A stretch of DNA of 64,000 nt from an uncultured Gemmatimonadales bacterium. GTDB lineage: Bacteria; Gemmatimonadota; Gemmatimonadetes; Gemmatimonadales; Gemmatimonadaceae. The stretch spans positions 1,056,001-1,120,000 of the forward strand of contig CAWKNZ010000002.1 of assembly GCA_963851265.1 (NCBI GenBank), read 5' to 3'. Shown piece by piece: positions 60,511 through 64,000 of the stretch. Every line of letters begins with the position of its first letter. Within the stretch, counting starts at the first letter, position 1. Below the pieces are notes generated by a model. It had not been told where the DNA came from and ran no database searches. It saw only the letters and a program-made list of their open reading frames with translations. The position numbers and the translations under genes were made by a program.

Positions 60511-62064
60511 GTGCTCGGGACCTCGAACGAGCTCACGCGAGGCCGCCTCCTCGCGGCGAACGTCGGCCTGAACCTGGCGGGGTGGTTCCTCCCGGCACTC
60601 TCCGCGCTGGTCGCGATCCCCGCGCTCGTCCACGGGATGGGCGCGGAGCGGTTCGGCCTGCTCTCGCTGGCATGGACGATCGTCGGGTACTTCAGCGCGT
60701 TCGACCTCGGCATCGGCCGGGCGCTGACCCAGGCGCTCGCCGAACGCGTCGGAGCAGGCGACCAGTCAGACTCGCCCTTCGTGACCTGGACCGCGTTCTG
60801 GCTGCTGCTGCCGATCGGAGGCGTGTGCGGCGTCGCGCTCGCGCTCGCGGCCCCGAGCCTGGCCGCCCGCGGGCTGCACGTCACGCCTGCGCTGCGCGGC
60901 GAGGCCGCGAGCGCCGTCGGCCTGCTCGCGCTCGCCGTCCCGTTGATGGTGATGACGTCCGGGTTGCGCGCAGTTCTGGAGGCGGGACAGCGGTTCCGCA
61001 CGATCAACGCGCTCCGCGTGCCGCTCGGCCTGCTGACGTTCCTCGGACCGCTCGCGGCGCAACGCATCAGCCACTCGCTCCCGCTCGCGATCGGCGTCCT
61101 CGCGGCCGCGCGCGCGCTCGTCTTCCTCATGCACGTGCTCGCGGTGGGCCTCGTGCACCCGGAGCTACGCCGACCGCGTCCCCCGCGCACCGCCGACCTT
61201 CGCCGCCTCTGGCGCGTCGCCGGATGGATGACGGTCAGCAGCATCATCAGTCCCGTGCTCGTCTCCGCCGACCGGTTCGTGATCGGCGCCGTGCTGCCCA
61301 TGGTGGCGGTCGCGCACTATGCGACCGCCAGCGAAGTTGCGACCAAGATGTGGCTGTTCACGGCCGCGCTGCAGCCGGTCATCTTCCCCGCGCTCGCCGC
61401 GACCGTCGTCGCGGCCCCGCAGCGCGCGGTCGTGCTCTTCGACCGCGGCGTGCGCGCGACCACGCTCGCGCTCGCGCCGGCGACGCTCGTCCTCGTGCTC
61501 TTCGCGCCCGAGTTGCTCGCGCGCTGGCTGGGCGGAGACTTCGCCGCGGCGAGCGCGCCGCTCGTGCGCTGGCTTGCCGTCGCGGTGTTCGTGAACTCGC
61601 TCGCCGGAGTCCCGCACGCGGTCTTGCAGAGCGCCGGGCGCGCCGACCTGCCGGGCAAACTGCACGCGCTCGAACTGCCGCTGTATTTCGGCGCGCTCTG
61701 GCTGCTGCTGCCGCGCTTCGGGCTGAACGGCGTGGCGTTCGCCTGGCTCCTCCGCATGGCCGCGGACGCATTCGCGCAACTCGCCGTCGTCCCACTCGTG
61801 CTGAAGCAGGCGCGCACGGCCGTCTGGCGCGCGGCCGGGATCATGGCCGGCGGTATGGCGTTCTTCGGCGTGCTCACCATCCCGATGCCGCTCGTCGCCC
61901 GCGTCGCGGTCGGTGCGTGCGCCGTCGCCGTGTATCTGGTTGGTGCGCCGCGTTGGCTCGTGACGAGCGGCGAGCGACGCGAAGCGCTCGCGTGGTCGCG
62001 GCAGCGGCTCGCGACGCTCCGGCGGCGCGGCACGGACGGCGAGGCACCGCCGGTCGTCGCGTAA
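60511..62064 (+). CDS. wzx: Polysaccharide flippase
   Basis: About 14 TMs; MGAERFGLL, FDLGIGRALT, DRFVIGA and FGLNGVAFAW motifs. Confidence 0.9.
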   Translation: MLGTSNELTRGRLLAANVGLNLAGWFLPALSALVAIPALVHGMGAERFGLLSLAWTIVGYFSAFDLGIGRALTQALAERVGAGDQSDSPFVTWTAFWLLLPIGGVCGVALALAAPSLAARGLHVTPALRGEAASAVGLLALAVPLMVMTSGLRAVLEAGQRFRTINALRVPLGLLTFLGPLAAQRISHSLPLAIGVLAAARALVFLMHVLAVGLVHPELRRPRPPRTADLRRLWRVAGWMTVSSIISPVLVSADRFVIGAVLPMVAVAHYATASEVATKMWLFTAALQPVIFPALAATVVAAPQRAVVLFDRGVRATTLALAPATLVLVLFAPELLARWLGGDFAAASAPLVRWLAVAVFVNSLAGVPHAVLQSAGRADLPGKLHALELPLYFGALWLLLPRFGLNGVAFAWLLRMAADAFAQLAVVPLVLKQARTAVWRAAGIMAGGMAFFGVLTIPMPLVARVAVGACAVAVYLVGAPRWLVTSGERREALAWSRQRLATLRRRGTDGEAPPVVA

Positions 62065-62078
62065 GCCGGTCACGGCCT

Positions 62079-62152
62079 GCCCCGATCCCCGTACGATCGG
62101 GATGCGGGGCTTCGTAAGCCGCGCGGCGGCCCCGTGCGGTGACGCGCGGGGC
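62079..62152. terminator. Cluster of GC-rich hairpins between convergent wzx and GT2 genes
   Basis: gccccg-atccc...gggat-gcggggc and gccccgtgcg-gtga-cgcgcggggc stems; no clear U-tract. Confidence 0.35.
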
Positions 62153-62163
62153 GCGCCGTGCGG

Positions 62164-63270
62164 TCAGGCGTGCGTCGGGCCGGTGTGCACGACGCGCGCG
62201 TTGCGCGGCGCCTCGGTGAACGACGGGCTGTACCCGAGCCGCCGGCGCAGCGCGTGGAGCAGCGCATCGGTACGTTGGCTGCCGAGCAGGCCGACGCCCG
62301 CCGCGTAGGCGTGGAAGAGCGGGTACCGCCAGAAGCCCATCTTCCAGAGATCGCGGTACAACCCGAAATACGCGCGGACTCCCTCGCCGGCGTGCTGCGC
62401 GAAGGTCGGATAGATGTTGCGCCCGTGGTCGCGGTGAATGCGCGCCAGGAGCTGCGTGCCGTACACCTCGTCGGCGTGGCTCGCGATGTCGAGGTGCGCG
62501 CGCAGGAACCGCACGCTCGCGCCGGCGCGGTGGCCTCCGGGCGTGAAGCGCCCCCGCTCGCGGCGGCTCGCGCCGAAATCGGGGATGCCGCCCATGCGGT
62601 ACCAGGCGAGCACGTCCGGCAGGAAGAGCCCCGGGCGGTTCATCAGGATGTGCGCGGCGAGGTGCAGCTGATAGAACAGCGTTCCGTCGAAGCGATCGGT
62701 CGCGTGGCGCAGCGCCTCTTCGCGGTGGAAAACGAGGCCGGACATCACGACGAGCCGCCGGTAAAACGTGACCACGGTGTCGGGGCCGGGCGGGAAGAGC
62801 AGCGCGTCCTTGTAGTACCGCGTGACGGTGTACAGCTCGTCCGGTCGCTCGCCGCGGAAGCGCGCGAACGTGCGCAGCACGACGCCGACGTCGGGGAACT
62901 GCGTGAGGGCGTTGGCGACGATGCCCAACGCGCCCGGCGCGACCAGGTCGTCGTTGCCGATGATGAAGCAGTAGTCGCCGTGCGACTGGCGGATCAGCTC
63001 GCGGAAGTTGCCGTCGTAGCCGAGCGTCTCCGGGTTTTCGACGTACGTGAACTTGCCCGGGTGCGCGGCCTCGTAGCGCGCGACGACCTGGCGGATCTGT
63101 TCGCGCTGCGGCGAGTTGTCCTCGCAGATCACCACCTCGTAGTGCGGGTAGTCCTGCGTGACGATCGAGTCGAGGAGCGCGGGCAGCTCGGCCGCGCGAT
63201 TGTACGACGGGATGCAGACGGAGATTACGAGCGGAGCCGCGGCAGCCGCGGCGGGAAGTTCCGAAGTCAC
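62164..63270 (-). CDS. Glycosyltransferase family 2
   Basis: ISVCIPSYNR, CEDNS, LGYDGNF and GNDD motifs; GTG at 63270 overlaps the upstream TGA. Confidence 0.9.
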   Translation of the reverse strand: MTSELPAAAAAAPLVISVCIPSYNRAAELPALLDSIVTQDYPHYEVVICEDNSPQREQIRQVVARYEAAHPGKFTYVENPETLGYDGNFRELIRQSHGDYCFIIGNDDLVAPGALGIVANALTQFPDVGVVLRTFARFRGERPDELYTVTRYYKDALLFPPGPDTVVTFYRRLVVMSGLVFHREEALRHATDRFDGTLFYQLHLAAHILMNRPGLFLPDVLAWYRMGGIPDFGASRRERGRFTPGGHRAGASVRFLRAHLDIASHADEVYGTQLLARIHRDHGRNIYPTFAQHAGEGVRAYFGLYRDLWKMGFWRYPLFHAYAAGVGLLGSQRTDALLHALRRRLGYSPSFTEAPRNARVVHTGPTHA

Positions 63271-64000
63271 TGGCGTTGTCGGGCCGCGCGTGGCGAGAGA
63301 GAGAACCTCAGCGCGATGTTGCTGACGTCCACGGTGCCGAGCGCGAAGATGTTGGACTGTCCGTTCTGGAACAGGTAGTTCAACCGGTTGGTCGCGGCGA
63401 GCTCGCCGCGCACGTCCAACGCGGGGAGCCGAAGCCCGCCGCGCACGCCGCCGCCGAGCGTGACGTCGTGGCGCGCGAGGTTGGCGGCAAACTGGCGGTA
63501 CAGCGCGTCGTTCTGGTTGCGTACGCGCTCGGCGAAGGTTCCGAATTGCCAGGTACGCGCGTAGTAGTCGACGCCGAGATACTGGCTCTGCGACCCGGGG
63601 CCGATCGCCGCGCCGAGCACCTGCCCGCGGTTGGTGAAGCCGCCCGGCGCCGCACGCCCCGTGTAGTAGTCGGGCGGCGCGGGTAGGTCGCTGAACTTGC
63701 GCGTCTGCTCGAGGTCGGTCAGCTCGGCGCGGACGATCACCGACGCGCCCTGCGGCGCGCGCCACCCGTGCGCGACTCCGAGCGTGTACGCGCCGGTGTA
63801 GAGCGGCGCGATGAGGAACTGGCGGACCGAGCGCGGAAGTTCGGAGCGCGAGAATTCCGCATACACCTCGGAGCGGGCGCTCGGCAGCAGCCACCGCGCG
63901 AACGCCCCGGTCAACTGATCGCTGCTGCGCGGCGTCGATGGCGTCGTGCCGGACCCGAGATTCTGATTCCGGTACAACACGTCTAACGCGTGCCCGAACA
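63267..64000 (-). CDS. Capsule assembly Wzi family outer-membrane beta-barrel (3' part only)
   Basis: Amphipathic beta-strands; FTNRGQVLGAAIGPGSQSQ motif typical of Wzi-like proteins; capsule-locus context. Confidence 0.68.
   Translation of the reverse strand, partial: FGHALDVLYRNQNLGSGTTPSTPRSSDQLTGAFARWLLPSARSEVYAEFSRSELPRSVRQFLIAPLYTGAYTLGVAHGWRAPQGASVIVRAELTDLEQTRKFSDLPAPPDYYTGRAAPGGFTNRGQVLGAAIGPGSQSQYLGVDYYARTWQFGTFAERVRNQNDALYRQFAANLARHDVTLGGGVRGGLRLPALDVRGELAATNRLNYLFQNGQSNIFALGTVDVSNIALRFSLSPRAARQRQ

Noticed and set aside
1..64000. CRISPR arrays, tRNA/rRNA genes, IS elements, prophage or defence systems
   Set aside because: No repeat-spacer arrays, RNA-gene signatures, transposase/integrase or defence-domain ORFs were recognised; nearly all sequence is explained by the listed CDSs.

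Overview
High-GC (roughly 70% or more, by eye) bacterial chromosome segment. The RecA, AccB and AlaS sequences and the gene order suggest a Gemmatimonadota (Gemmatirosa/Gemmatimonas-like) origin; this is an inference. Bases 1-23.4 kb are housekeeping genes: partial SurA/PpiD-like gene, TPR protein, aroQ, Xaa-Pro peptidase, accB, accC, ftsK, GDPD, YraN, recA, recX, a frameshifted tandem Ner-like HTH gene, alaS, gmhA, SDR, asparaginase, cca, rarA, LEA_2 lipoprotein and hflX. Bases 23.5-64 kb are a mosaic surface-polysaccharide locus. It has two OPX/PCP export pairs, a Wzm/Wzt ABC exporter, Wzx and two Wzy/WaaL-like proteins, two initiating phosphoglycosyl transferases, a PglF/E/D/C-like bacillosamine pathway, tandem GT9 paralogs, an FkbM methyltransferase, an AsnB/heparinase/oxidoreductase block and a partial Wzi. 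No rRNA, tRNA, CRISPR array or transposase was seen. The most notable observations are: (1) a dispersed, non-palindromic, over-represented motif (C/T)GTTAGGC embedded in genes in several frames and on both strands; (2) hflX apparently starting at a non-canonical ATC codon; (3) a duplicated Ner-like DNA-binding gene lying between recX and alaS; (4) two single-base frameshifts that may be real or may be assembly errors.
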